Of a stretch of DNA of 27,528 nucleotides, positions 17,564 through 25,755 are shown piece by piece. Source of the stretch: a virus (lineage: Duplodnaviria; Caudoviricetes); the IMG/VR virus record IMGVR_UViG_3300030372_001675, positions 1 through 27,528 of that record. The stretch is one strand, 5' to 3'. The notes beneath the pieces are model-generated. The model had not been told where the DNA came from and did no database searches. It was given only the letters and a program-made list of their open reading frames with translations. Both the position numbers and the translations under genes were made by a program. Numbering within the stretch: the first letter of the stretch is position 1; each line of letters starts with the position of its first letter.

Positions 17564-18145
17564 ATGGCGATACAACACACATTATACATATCAAGCACTA
17601 GATTAAAAAAGGACACTGCCTTAGGTGGTTCAGTAGATGACAATCTAATTATGCCTTATATATTATTAGCTCAAGATATGAATATACTCCCGATATTAGG
17701 AACAGACCTAGATGCTAAACTAAAAACTGAAATACAAGCAGGAACATTAGCAAATGAATATAAGACACTTGTTGAAACTTACATACAACCTGCACTTGTA
17801 CAATTTGCATTTTCTACTCTTGCCCCATACCTTAGACTGCGTTTTAGTAATAATTCTGTTGTGATTATGGGTGCTACAGAACAATCATCTAGTGCTACTT
17901 ATGATGATATTAAACCACTAATGGACACTGCAACTGATGCTGCTGAATTTTATCGTCAAAGAATGATTGACTATTTAAGAAATAACTCTAGTTCATTTCC
18001 TGAATATAGTAGCAATAGTGGTGCAGACCTAGACCCTACTACTAATAATTATTTTGCAGGAATACAATTAGAACCAACAACGCCAATGAGCAATAGATTA
18101 AGAAGTTTCTTGCAAGGTGCAAACATTACAACTTATGGGTGTTAA
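17564..18145 (+). CDS. putative head-tail adaptor
   Basis: Helical 193-aa protein after the portal; AQDMNILPILGTDL and AEFYRQRMIDYL...FPEY motifs. Confidence 0.6.
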   Translation: MAIQHTLYISSTRLKKDTALGGSVDDNLIMPYILLAQDMNILPILGTDLDAKLKTEIQAGTLANEYKTLVETYIQPALVQFAFSTLAPYLRLRFSNNSVVIMGATEQSSSATYDDIKPLMDTATDAAEFYRQRMIDYLRNNSSSFPEYSSNSGADLDPTTNNYFAGIQLEPTTPMSNRLRSFLQGANITTYGC

Positions 18146-18213
18146 GAGGCGTGAATATCCTTCTAGTAAGGAGAATTTTAAGAAATTAAAAAACTATATT
18201 AAAAAACTAAATT

Positions 18214-18747
18214 ATGGCTGGACAAAGACTAACCGACAAAACAGCACTAACACAACAAGCAGGTAGTGGTGACTTGCTTATGGTTGTAGATGTATCAGAC
18301 ACTACAGGTAGTGCAGAGGGTACATCTAAACAGATGGATTTTAAATATGTTATTCAAACAGACAAAATTTCTGTTTCTAATGCAGAAATACAAGCACTAG
18401 ATTCAACGCCTAAAACATTAGTGGGTGCATTGAGTGGTTATATGATAACACCAATATCTGCAACTTTTTTAGTTACTTATGCTGCCTCTACTGATAATGC
18501 AAATAAAAACATATATCTTGGGTATGATGATTCCACAACTACAAATTATTGGGATTTTTCAGAACGCTTTATGAGTGGTCAAACAACAGATAACGCTTAT
18601 GTATTTGGTGGGAATGTGCCTAGTAGATACCCAATAAGAACATCATCTATTTTAAACACACCTTTTATTATTTGGTCTAATGGTGCTTTTAATGGTGGTT
18701 TTACAATGGATGTATATATAACATATTCATATACAAAAGTATTATAA
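18214..18747 (+). CDS. putative minor structural (fibre/decoration) protein
   Basis: N-terminal RLTDKTAL...DLLMVVD resembles attachment motifs of phage appendage proteins; Thr/Ser-rich. Confidence 0.4.
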   Translation: MAGQRLTDKTALTQQAGSGDLLMVVDVSDTTGSAEGTSKQMDFKYVIQTDKISVSNAEIQALDSTPKTLVGALSGYMITPISATFLVTYAASTDNANKNIYLGYDDSTTTNYWDFSERFMSGQTTDNAYVFGGNVPSRYPIRTSSILNTPFIIWSNGAFNGGFTMDVYITYSYTKVL

Positions 18748-19766
18748 TGTTAAAGTATTTGTTGCTAATACCATTTTTGTCTTTCGGACAGTTTTATAAA
18801 TACTCTACTATTTATGCAGGTGGTTCATTAAATTCAACAATGACACCAATAGAAACCTACGATTATAATAATGGTCAGCTAATAAATACAACAAATGATG
18901 GTGGTGCTAATTATAGACTGCATATAGGACTTAAAAAATTATCAAGATATAAATTCGAAAAGAAACCAAAATTTTATTATGATGGAAATGAAGAAAATGC
19001 TACTATAAATAGGTCATCATTAAGTGGTTTTGAATACCTATTAGAATACGAAAAAATCAAAGATAGAGGAACAGAATTTGAAAATCATGAAATTTGGTTT
19101 AGATATTTAGGCGAACATACAAGCACAAAAATACAATCATCTAGCAACGGGTACATTGACCTGCAGTATAAAAGTATAGACTTTCGATATAAACACGATT
19201 ATAAGCACTTTAGAGCCACTTTAGGCACTTGTCTAAGGTATCATCCCATATATGGTCTAAACCCCTTTAAAAACGATTTTCCTAATTATAATGATTTTGA
19301 GGCAGTTGCACAAGAATTAGGTTACATAAAAGACTATTGGTTTATAGATGAAAACTACAATAATAATTTAGATAGGTTTGAGCAGTCATTTTACAGGTGG
19401 ATTTTGAATGGAGATACAGTCGCACAAAATACTGCACAATTTAAAGACTATTATGCTACTATACCTAGTAGATACAATAGAGAAAAATTAGCACAATTAG
19501 GAAACCAATACACATTATCTGGTGTAGCAGGGTTATCATATTACATATATTTAGATAAATTCTTTGTTTTAGCTTATGCTAATTATTTCTTTATAAACGG
19601 AAAACTGAGTGATTATAGCTCAGACACAAAAGATTATGATTTTGGCGTTATTGCAAATTGGAAATTGAATAGGTCATTTTCTTTATATTCTCAATTAGAA
19701 TACTTGAATTATTTTAATAGAGAAAATTATACAATCAATTTAGGAATTAACTTAATACTTATATAA
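18747..19766 (+). CDS. secreted protein, probable outer-membrane beta-barrel
   Basis: Signal peptide MLKYLLLIPFLSFG|Q; many alternating aromatic/hydrophobic strands (YDFGVIANWKLNRSFSLYSQLEY, YTINLGINL at the C-terminus). Confidence 0.6.
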   Translation: MLKYLLLIPFLSFGQFYKYSTIYAGGSLNSTMTPIETYDYNNGQLINTTNDGGANYRLHIGLKKLSRYKFEKKPKFYYDGNEENATINRSSLSGFEYLLEYEKIKDRGTEFENHEIWFRYLGEHTSTKIQSSSNGYIDLQYKSIDFRYKHDYKHFRATLGTCLRYHPIYGLNPFKNDFPNYNDFEAVAQELGYIKDYWFIDENYNNNLDRFEQSFYRWILNGDTVAQNTAQFKDYYATIPSRYNREKLAQLGNQYTLSGVAGLSYYIYLDKFFVLAYANYFFINGKLSDYSSDTKDYDFGVIANWKLNRSFSLYSQLEYLNYFNRENYTINLGINLILI

Positions 19767-19767
19767 C

Positions 19768-19968
19768 ATGGAACTTTTAAAAAGAATTTTAGATACATTT
19801 GAGGATGCTTTTCAATCAAAGAAATTTTGGTACGCAATAGGTACATTATTTGTTTTATTTTTTAGTGATTCAATTGGTATCAATGACCAAGAAATTAACA
19901 ATGTAGTTTTAATTGCATTAGCTCTTATTATTGCACAAGGTTTAGCTGATAAAAAATGTAACCGATGA
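19768..19968 (+). CDS. small membrane protein, holin-like
   Basis: SKKFW followed by two hydrophobic segments and QGLAD; 66 aa. Confidence 0.55.
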   Translation: MELLKRILDTFEDAFQSKKFWYAIGTLFVLFFSDSIGINDQEINNVVLIALALIIAQGLADKKCNR

Positions 19969-20243
19969 AACTAACTGAAAAGTCTGAATTAACACTAGAT
20001 ATTAAAACTATTGGAATAATTGTAGCTATGGTTATTTCTGTTTCAAGCACATACTTTACTTTAAAAGCTGATATTGATGAGAATAAGAAAGCATTAGAAA
20101 AGGGTAATTGGGTGAGTGCTACAGAATATGAATTAAAAGATGAATTAGTGCGAACTACAATTATGAGTAATAGTAAAAAACTAGATGCTATTGAAAACAA
20201 ATTAAATACAATAGACAACAGACTTTACAACCTTAATAAATAA
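19965..20243 (+). CDS. single-pass membrane protein with coiled coil
   Basis: TM segment IGIIVAMVISVSSTYF; C-terminal heptads KLDAIENKLNTIDNRL. Confidence 0.6.
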   Translation: MKLTEKSELTLDIKTIGIIVAMVISVSSTYFTLKADIDENKKALEKGNWVSATEYELKDELVRTTIMSNSKKLDAIENKLNTIDNRLYNLNK

Positions 20244-20246
20244 ATT

Positions 20247-20588
20247 ATGAATATAGCTTATCTATTGCAAATCTTAATTGCTATTTTATTTTTTTGTGTT
20301 GGTATTTGTTTTGGTCAAGTTTCAGTTATACAATTTAATAGTGAATGGAATGCAGATAATAATTTTGACATAACAGTTCTAAAAGATTGTGATGTTGATA
20401 GTGTTGTTATTTGTCATGACCCTGAGCTACAGAAAAAGCATAAAATCAAGTCTGTACCTACAATTATTATTTTTGATGAAGATAATGAAGTTACAAGATT
20501 TGAAGCTAATATAATGATGCAACTTGAGGCAACAAAAAAAGATATACAAAAAGAAATTGATAAAATCTATTTAGCTAAATTTGAATGA
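20247..20588 (+). CDS. secreted thioredoxin-like fold protein lacking CxxC
   Basis: Signal peptide ending CFG|Q; VIQFNSEWN sits where the F.A.WCxxC motif would be; KIKSVPTIIIF cis-Pro loop. Confidence 0.6.
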   Translation: MNIAYLLQILIAILFFCVGICFGQVSVIQFNSEWNADNNFDITVLKDCDVDSVVICHDPELQKKHKIKSVPTIIIFDEDNEVTRFEANIMMQLEATKKDIQKEIDKIYLAKFE

Positions 20589-21085
20589 GATTATCTAAAA
20601 ACTTTACGTTACAAGAGCTAATTTATTCATCAACTGCGATGAGATTAGGAATAGATAACAGTCCTACAAAAGAGGGCGTATTGAAATTGACCTTGTTAGC
20701 CACCGAATTATTGCAGCCGATACGGGAACGATTATCTGCACCAATAAGAATAACGAGTGGCTACAGGTCACCTCAATTATCAGAAGTAATAGGTTCAAGT
20801 GCAAACTCACAACACTGCAGATATGAAGCAGTAGATATGCAATTTGTTAAGCGTGGTAAAATGGATAACCTTTTAATATATCAAGCATTAATTGACTTAG
20901 ACTTAGACTTTGACCAGTGCATTCTTGAGTTCGGTGATAGTACACAATACTTAGACCCCACAAACCCTAATTGGATTCATCTAAGTTGGAAAGTAACAGA
21001 CAACAGAAAACAAGTCTTGATTGCTTATAAAGATGAAAATAACAAAACTAAATATAGACCAAAAATAAAATATAACTCAATATGA
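20585..21085 (+). CDS. endolysin, peptidase M15 family
   Basis: LSKNFTLQEL, ITSGYRS, SQH...AVD and WIH zinc-peptidase motifs. Confidence 0.85.
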   Translation: MRLSKNFTLQELIYSSTAMRLGIDNSPTKEGVLKLTLLATELLQPIRERLSAPIRITSGYRSPQLSEVIGSSANSQHCRYEAVDMQFVKRGKMDNLLIYQALIDLDLDFDQCILEFGDSTQYLDPTNPNWIHLSWKVTDNRKQVLIAYKDENNKTKYRPKIKYNSI

Positions 21086-21462
21086 AATTTTTAAAAACTT
21101 TATTTGGAAATGTAGGTTTAGATGTTAATAAGATTGTTGATGAAATTTCTACAACAGATGAAGAACGAAAGACTTTAAAGATTAAATTGAAGCAAGTTTT
21201 GACACAAGCTGAAAGTTCAGCACAAGAACAAGTGACTAGAAGATGGGAAGCAGATAGCAAAGCAGGGTGGCTACCTGCAAACATAAGACCCTTAACACTT
21301 GTTTTTTTAACATTGGTATTTGTAATAATATCTATGTTTGATGGTAATGTAGGTGGTTTTAAAATATCACCATCATATATACCAATCTATCAAACTCTAT
21401 TACTTTGTGTATATTCTGCATATTTTGCAGGTAGGAGTATAGAGAAAATTAAAAACAAATAA
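21082..21462 (+). CDS. holin (3TM/GTA-holin-like)
   Basis: RWEADS...WLPANIRPLTL, hydrophobic helices, AYFAGRSIEK. Confidence 0.8.
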   Translation: MKFLKTLFGNVGLDVNKIVDEISTTDEERKTLKIKLKQVLTQAESSAQEQVTRRWEADSKAGWLPANIRPLTLVFLTLVFVIISMFDGNVGGFKISPSYIPIYQTLLLCVYSAYFAGRSIEKIKNK

Positions 21463-21463
21463 T

Positions 21464-22186
21464 TTGAAAAGAGATTATCGTTTACGCTTAACTAAACCAG
21501 AACATGACCTGATTAAGAATATGCGTGACACTGATGCTAATAATATTCTAGTTATTGGAGATTTGCACGAACCCTTTTGTTTAGATGAATACTTAGATTT
21601 TTGCATTGAAAAATACTTTGAATTTCAATGTGATGAAGTTGTGTTTATTGGTGATATAATAGACAATCATTATGCAAGTTATCATGAAACAAATGCTGAT
21701 GGAATGGGTGGTGCTGATGAATTAGAATTAGCTATAAAAAGAATAGCAAGGTGGCGTAATGCGTTTCCTGTTGCAACAGTTATTATTGGAAACCATGATA
21801 GAATGGTTATGAGAAAAGCACAAACATCATCAATACCGAGCAAATGGATAAAATCATATAAAGAAGTCTTAGAAGTGCCTGATTGGAACTTTGTGGAAAG
21901 ATACGAAAAGAATGGTGTTCAATATATTCATGGTGAGGGTGGTACTGCTAGAACTAAGTGTAGAGCTGATATAATGAATACAGTACAAGGACACCTACAC
22001 ACACAAGCATATTGTGAGCATTATGTTGGTCAAAATTTTAGAGTATTTGGAATGCAAATTGGGGCAGGTATAAATTTTTCTGAATATAGCTTTGCGTATG
22101 CTAAATATGGAAAGAAACCTGCTATTGGTTGTGGTGTAGTTTTGAATAACGGAAAATTACCCGTAAATTTATTAATGGAATTATGA
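21464..22186 (+). CDS. calcineurin-like metallophosphoesterase
   Basis: GDLH, GDIID, GNHD, HG and GHLH motifs. Confidence 0.85.
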   Translation: MKRDYRLRLTKPEHDLIKNMRDTDANNILVIGDLHEPFCLDEYLDFCIEKYFEFQCDEVVFIGDIIDNHYASYHETNADGMGGADELELAIKRIARWRNAFPVATVIIGNHDRMVMRKAQTSSIPSKWIKSYKEVLEVPDWNFVERYEKNGVQYIHGEGGTARTKCRADIMNTVQGHLHTQAYCEHYVGQNFRVFGMQIGAGINFSEYSFAYAKYGKKPAIGCGVVLNNGKLPVNLLMEL

Positions 22187-22314
22187 AAAACGTATATAAA
22201 GAAAAGCTAGAGCTTGGTGCATATTATACATATAACAAAGACAATAAAAAAGTCTATGATATAAAAAGTATTCGCCAAGACTTCAAAGAGCTTATTAAGA
22301 AACTTAAAAAATAA
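22183..22314 (+). CDS. small hypothetical protein (43 aa)
   Basis: ATGA overlap with the upstream stop; MKNVYKEKLELGAYYTYNKDNKKVYDIKSIRQDFKELIKKLKK. Confidence 0.5.
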   Translation: MKNVYKEKLELGAYYTYNKDNKKVYDIKSIRQDFKELIKKLKK

Positions 22315-22370
22315 GAGGCGTAAATAAGGTATTTAAGATTTGGTCATCTCATACTTTAAATACGCCTTTT
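22313..22370. terminator. imperfect long hairpin between convergent transcription units
   Basis: AAGAGGCGTA...TACGCCTTTT outer stem with inner AAGGTAT/ATACTTT pairing; fills the convergence gap. Confidence 0.55.
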
Positions 22371-22373
22371 GTT

Positions 22374-22649
22374 TTATTTCCAAGTATTCGGGTCATATCC
22401 TAAAGTGGTTCGGTCTGTAATGCTCAAGCTATACCTTGCTACTTCCGTAAACACACTATCACCATTAGCTTTTGTAAACCTTGTTTTAACCTTAATCATA
22501 TCAGTATCTATATTGTAACCATCTTTTTTTAGTCGAAATATAGTATCAGATAGTCTTGTGTTTCCTAAGTCCCTAATGGCCTCTAAACTTGTAACGCTTC
22601 CGTAATTTTTAAGATAATCTAGTAATCTTGTTTTATGTGTTTCCCTCAT
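22374..22649 (-). CDS. winged HTH DNA-binding protein
   Basis: LLDYLKNYGSVTSLEAIRDLGNTRLSDTIFRLKKDGYNI...VARYSL. Confidence 0.75.
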   Translation of the reverse strand: MRETHKTRLLDYLKNYGSVTSLEAIRDLGNTRLSDTIFRLKKDGYNIDTDMIKVKTRFTKANGDSVFTEVARYSLSITDRTTLGYDPNTWK

Positions 22650-22897
22650 AGTTTATTAAATAATTTTTTAAAATAGTTTTCTAATTCTTCATCTTCTTCA
22701 TGTACTCCTATGACTTTAAAAGTGCTTTCATCATCATAAAGTTTTTCTAAAAATGAATCTAATTGCTTTTCAGTGCCTTTAAACTCTATACACCCACAAC
22801 TACACTTAATGTCTGTAAACTCTTTATTTGACAAATAAGTATCTTTAGTAATATAATTAAAGTAACCCTTTCCTTGTATTGTATATTGTTTAATCAT
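22646..22897 (-). CDS. hypothetical protein
   Basis: 83-aa ORF with coupled overlaps to both neighbours in the leftward operon. Confidence 0.65.
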   Translation of the reverse strand: MIKQYTIQGKGYFNYITKDTYLSNKEFTDIKCSCGCIEFKGTEKQLDSFLEKLYDDESTFKVIGVHEEDEELENYFKKLFNKL

Positions 22898-23163
22898 TAT
22901 GCAGTTTCTAAGTGGTGTTTAGTAATTATTTCACTATCTATTATATTAGCTTGTATTGACCTTAATGCTTTTAATCTTTCTTTTGCATTTTTAATACTAG
23001 CAGTCCACTCTCTAACATCTTGAGTTGTACCTGCACCATTAAGCTTTTCAAACCAAAAGTTAATAGATTCTATTTCATGTTCTATTTGTTTATCAATAAC
23101 AACTAATAATGTAGCTGATTCATTAACACTTAAATTGATTGTCTTATATAATTCTGTATTCAT
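22897..23163 (-). CDS. hypothetical protein
   Basis: 88-aa ORF, first gene after the leftward promoter. Confidence 0.65.
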   Translation of the reverse strand: MNTELYKTINLSVNESATLLVVIDKQIEHEIESINFWFEKLNGAGTTQDVREWTASIKNAKERLKALRSIQANIIDSEIITKHHLETA

Positions 23164-23194
23164 AATTTCTATACTTTATTTAATTAATATAGAA

Positions 23195-23202
23195 CAAATA
23201 TA
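23195..23202 (-). promoter_or_regulatory. leftward host-type promoter -7 element (TAnnTTTG)
   Basis: caaatata reads TATATTTG on the minus strand, ~30 nt upstream of the ATG at 23163. Confidence 0.65.
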
Positions 23203-23274
23203 TAAAATTATTTTAATATAACAATTAAATTCTTTATTTTTTTTTATATTTTTTTTATTTCAAATAAAATTTAT

Positions 23275-23282
23275 TATATTTG
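23275..23282 (+). promoter_or_regulatory. rightward host-type promoter -7 element (TAnnTTTG)
   Basis: TATATTTG ~20 nt upstream of the ATG at 23304; matches the Bacteroidota primary sigma -7 consensus. Confidence 0.65.
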
Positions 23283-23303
23283 TGCTATAATTTTAAATGA
23301 ATA

Positions 23304-23504
23304 ATGATGAATGAAAAATTAAAAGAGCAAATAAAGTTTGCTATGTATAAATATGATATTAATAAAAAAGACTTGGCTGATATGTTAGAATTGTCTTATC
23401 CTACAATGTTATTAAGGTTAAAAGACCCTGATACGTTTAAGGTAAAAGAATTAAAACAATTATGCTATATGCTTAATCAAGAATTGATTTTAAATATAAA
23501 ATAA
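23304..23504 (+). CDS. Cro/XRE-like HTH regulator
   Basis: INKKDLADMLELSYPTMLLRLKDPDTFKVKELKQLC. Confidence 0.75.
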   Translation: MMNEKLKEQIKFAMYKYDINKKDLADMLELSYPTMLLRLKDPDTFKVKELKQLCYMLNQELILNIK

Positions 23505-23505
23505 T

Positions 23506-23895
23506 ATGAAAGAAACTAAACAGGAGATTTTAAATAGATTGTTTATAGAAAACAATTTAACTGATGAAGATTATTTTAAACATAAATTTTACACTATAAT
23601 CACTAGAAGTGGTATTGATAAAATACAAGCATCTAATGACATTAAAATATGTTATAAATTAATCTATAATTCACCAGATACAAAATGTGTAATAATTAAA
23701 GCAACTGCAACAATGGGTGATAAGGTTATTGAAACCTTTGGTGAAGCAGCACCAATGAATAATCAAAATTCATATCCTATTGCTATGGCTGAGAAAAGAG
23801 CTATGAGCAGGGCGTGTTTAAAGTTAGCAGGGTTTTATGAAAACAATGTATTTGGTGAAATGGAAGCAGAAGATTTTAAAAGAAGTAATAATTAA
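23506..23895 (+). CDS. hypothetical protein, possible ssDNA-annealing protein
   Basis: ETFGEA...AMAEKRAMSRACL motif; adjacent to an SSB-like gene. Confidence 0.45.
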   Translation: MKETKQEILNRLFIENNLTDEDYFKHKFYTIITRSGIDKIQASNDIKICYKLIYNSPDTKCVIIKATATMGDKVIETFGEAAPMNNQNSYPIAMAEKRAMSRACLKLAGFYENNVFGEMEAEDFKRSNN

Positions 23896-23909
23896 TAAAT
23901 AAATAAATA

Positions 23910-24227
23910 ATGTATAAAATAAGAGGTAAAATAATAAGTGTTCAAAATTTAGATATTAACACTAAAAAAGGTGATTTTTTAAAAAAGCTAATCACTATTG
24001 AAGAAACTGAAACAGGTTTTGATAATCAAATGCAATTTGAGATATTTGGACAAGAAGCTATTAATGTTATTGAGCATGATAGAAAACTAACTGAGGGACA
24101 GTTTGTAAATATAGATTTTTATATAAAAAGTAGAGAATATAATACTAAATTCTATAATACTTTAATGATTAAAGAAGCTAGAATAGAAGATGATGAAACT
24201 CACTTAGGAAATAACCCCCCGTTTTAA
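23910..24227 (+). CDS. single-stranded DNA-binding protein (DUF3127-like OB fold)
   Basis: IRGKI, IDFYIKSREYNTKFYNTL, acidic tail ending PPF. Confidence 0.7.
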   Translation: MYKIRGKIISVQNLDINTKKGDFLKKLITIEETETGFDNQMQFEIFGQEAINVIEHDRKLTEGQFVNIDFYIKSREYNTKFYNTLMIKEARIEDDETHLGNNPPF

Positions 24228-24235
24228 TTATTCCT

Positions 24236-24296
24236 GAAAGTGCTTGTGTTTTTATTTTTTTCTATATTTAATTTACTTTTTAGCACAGGCACTTTC
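24236..24296. promoter_or_regulatory. 13-bp inverted repeat enclosing a T-rich loop
   Basis: GAAAGTGCTTGTG (24236-48) / CACAGGCACTTTC (24284-96), with one G-T pair. Confidence 0.6.
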
Positions 24297-24312
24297 TTAA
24301 TATAATACTACT

Positions 24313-24903
24313 ATGAAAAAAACATATTTTAACCACGATAGCAACGCACGAAACGATTATAGAATAATAAAACTTAGAGCTAAATTAGGTTATGAGGGTT
24401 ATGGGATATTTTGGTCTTTATTAGAAATGTTATTTATAGAAGAAAATAAAATATGTATTGAAGATTATGATGCTCTTGCATTTGGTTTGCAGTGCGATAC
24501 TAATAAATTAAAACAAGTAATTGAAGATTTTGATTTGTTTGTTATAGAAGATGATTGTTTTTATTCTAAGAGGTTAAATAATCATATAGAAGAAATAAAT
24601 AATAAGTCTATAAAAGCAAAAGAAAACGCAAATAAAAGATGGAATAATGCAAACGCAATGCAAACGCAAAGCGAATGCAATGCTAGTAAAGTAAATAAGA
24701 GTATAAGTAAAAGTAAAAGTAAAGTAAATAAAAGTAATTATTATAATGATATTTCTTTTCCTGATTATTATGATATTCATTATGCTAAAAGAATAGAGCA
24801 AGATGTCAATAAGACTAGAGAATACCACAAACACCTAGAATCATTAGGTTATAAAAAAGAAGTCAATAATTATAGTGGACAAGCAAAATGGGTTAAGAAA
24901 TGA
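24313..24903 (+). CDS. replication initiator-like protein (DUF4373/Lin1244-like N-terminus)
   Basis: YFNHDSNARND...LGYEGYGIFWSLLEML, FYSKRL and ANKRW motifs, then a low-complexity linker containing DNA repeats. Confidence 0.7.
   Translation: MKKTYFNHDSNARNDYRIIKLRAKLGYEGYGIFWSLLEMLFIEENKICIEDYDALAFGLQCDTNKLKQVIEDFDLFVIEDDCFYSKRLNNHIEEINNKSIKAKENANKRWNNANAMQTQSECNASKVNKSISKSKSKVNKSNYYNDISFPDYYDIHYAKRIEQDVNKTREYHKHLESLGYKKEVNNYSGQAKWVKK
24646..24737 (+). repeat. 11-bp tandem iteron-like repeats plus AGTAA-rich tract (putative origin)
   Basis: AATGCAAACGC AATGCAAACGC AAAGCGAATGC AATGC, then repeated AGTAA/AGTAT units. Confidence 0.6.
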
Positions 24904-25256
24904 AAGAATATCAATTACAAAAGGCAGTATGTAAATATCTTGACTTAAACAATGTTTTATATTGTGGCTCTATGGGTGGTCAATACCAGGCACATTTTAG
25001 TCAGCGTATAAAAGCTAAAAAGAGTGGTTACAAAAAAGGTTTTCCTGATTTGTTTATATATGAAATTTCTAAAATAGGTGATAAATTATATGCAGGGTGT
25101 GCTATTGAATTAAAAGTTGGATATAATAAAGCAACAAATGAACAAATATGGTGGCGTGACCAATTAAGAGATAGAGGGTATAAGGCAGAAATATGTAATG
25201 GTATAGATGAAGCATTAGCCCTTATTAATCGTTATTTAGAGGGAATAATAAAATAA
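24900..25256 (+). CDS. VRR-NUC domain nuclease
   Basis: EYQLQ, GFPDLFIY, IELK and EQIWW PD-(D/E)xK motifs. Confidence 0.85.
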   Translation: MKEYQLQKAVCKYLDLNNVLYCGSMGGQYQAHFSQRIKAKKSGYKKGFPDLFIYEISKIGDKLYAGCAIELKVGYNKATNEQIWWRDQLRDRGYKAEICNGIDEALALINRYLEGIIK

Positions 25257-25271
25257 TAAATACTTAAAATT

Positions 25272-25484
25272 ATGAGATTACCAATAGCATTTGACTTAAC
25301 GCCAAAAGGCAAAATAGTAGAAAAAAAAGAAATAGGAGAAGATGGCTACGCTGAAAATATACAATATAATTTGCAATTTAATGTTAATAAAAATGGTGTA
25401 GATATTTCTTATTATGGAGAAGATGATACTTATTTTGATGATGATAGAATAGATGAGTTAATTAAAAAATACAATGAAAGTTAA
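25272..25484 (+). CDS. hypothetical protein
   Basis: 70-aa ORF in operon context. Confidence 0.55.
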   Translation: MRLPIAFDLTPKGKIVEKKEIGEDGYAENIQYNLQFNVNKNGVDISYYGEDDTYFDDDRIDELIKKYNES

Positions 25485-25755
25485 ACCTACATTTTTTAAC
25501 ACAAGAACAGAAAGATTGCACTGGGACTATGTAGATACAAACAATCTATTGTTTATAATTTTATTTGATTCAGGTGCAGAGATGTCATTTGTTTTAAGAA
25601 ATTTGAAAAAAAATGATAATATAAAAAATTATATTTATAAGAAACTGCAAAACAGATTTTCTAATATAGCAGAAATAGAAATAAGTAAATTAAGCAGTGT
25701 AGAGTATAACCTAATGAAGCAGATGAATGTACCCTCAGTCATTAAAGTATGTTAA
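25474..25755 (+). CDS. hypothetical protein
   Basis: 93-aa ORF overlapping its neighbours. Confidence 0.6.
   Translation: MKVKPTFFNTRTERLHWDYVDTNNLLFIILFDSGAEMSFVLRNLKKNDNIKNYIYKKLQNRFSNIAEIEISKLSSVEYNLMKQMNVPSVIKVC

Noticed and set aside
18135-18266. Possible 43-aa basic ORF (MGVKRREYPSSKENFKKLKNY...)
   Set aside because: It overlaps the next gene by over 50 nt and has no motif; I cannot support it without homologues.
2194-24834. Minus-strand track ORFs overlapping plus-strand genes (e.g. 2194, 3699, 9628, 11067, 12341, 16417, 19928, 21048, 24574)
   Set aside because: They are antisense shadows of well-supported genes, with Ser/Phe/Leu-rich composition and no motifs or promoters.
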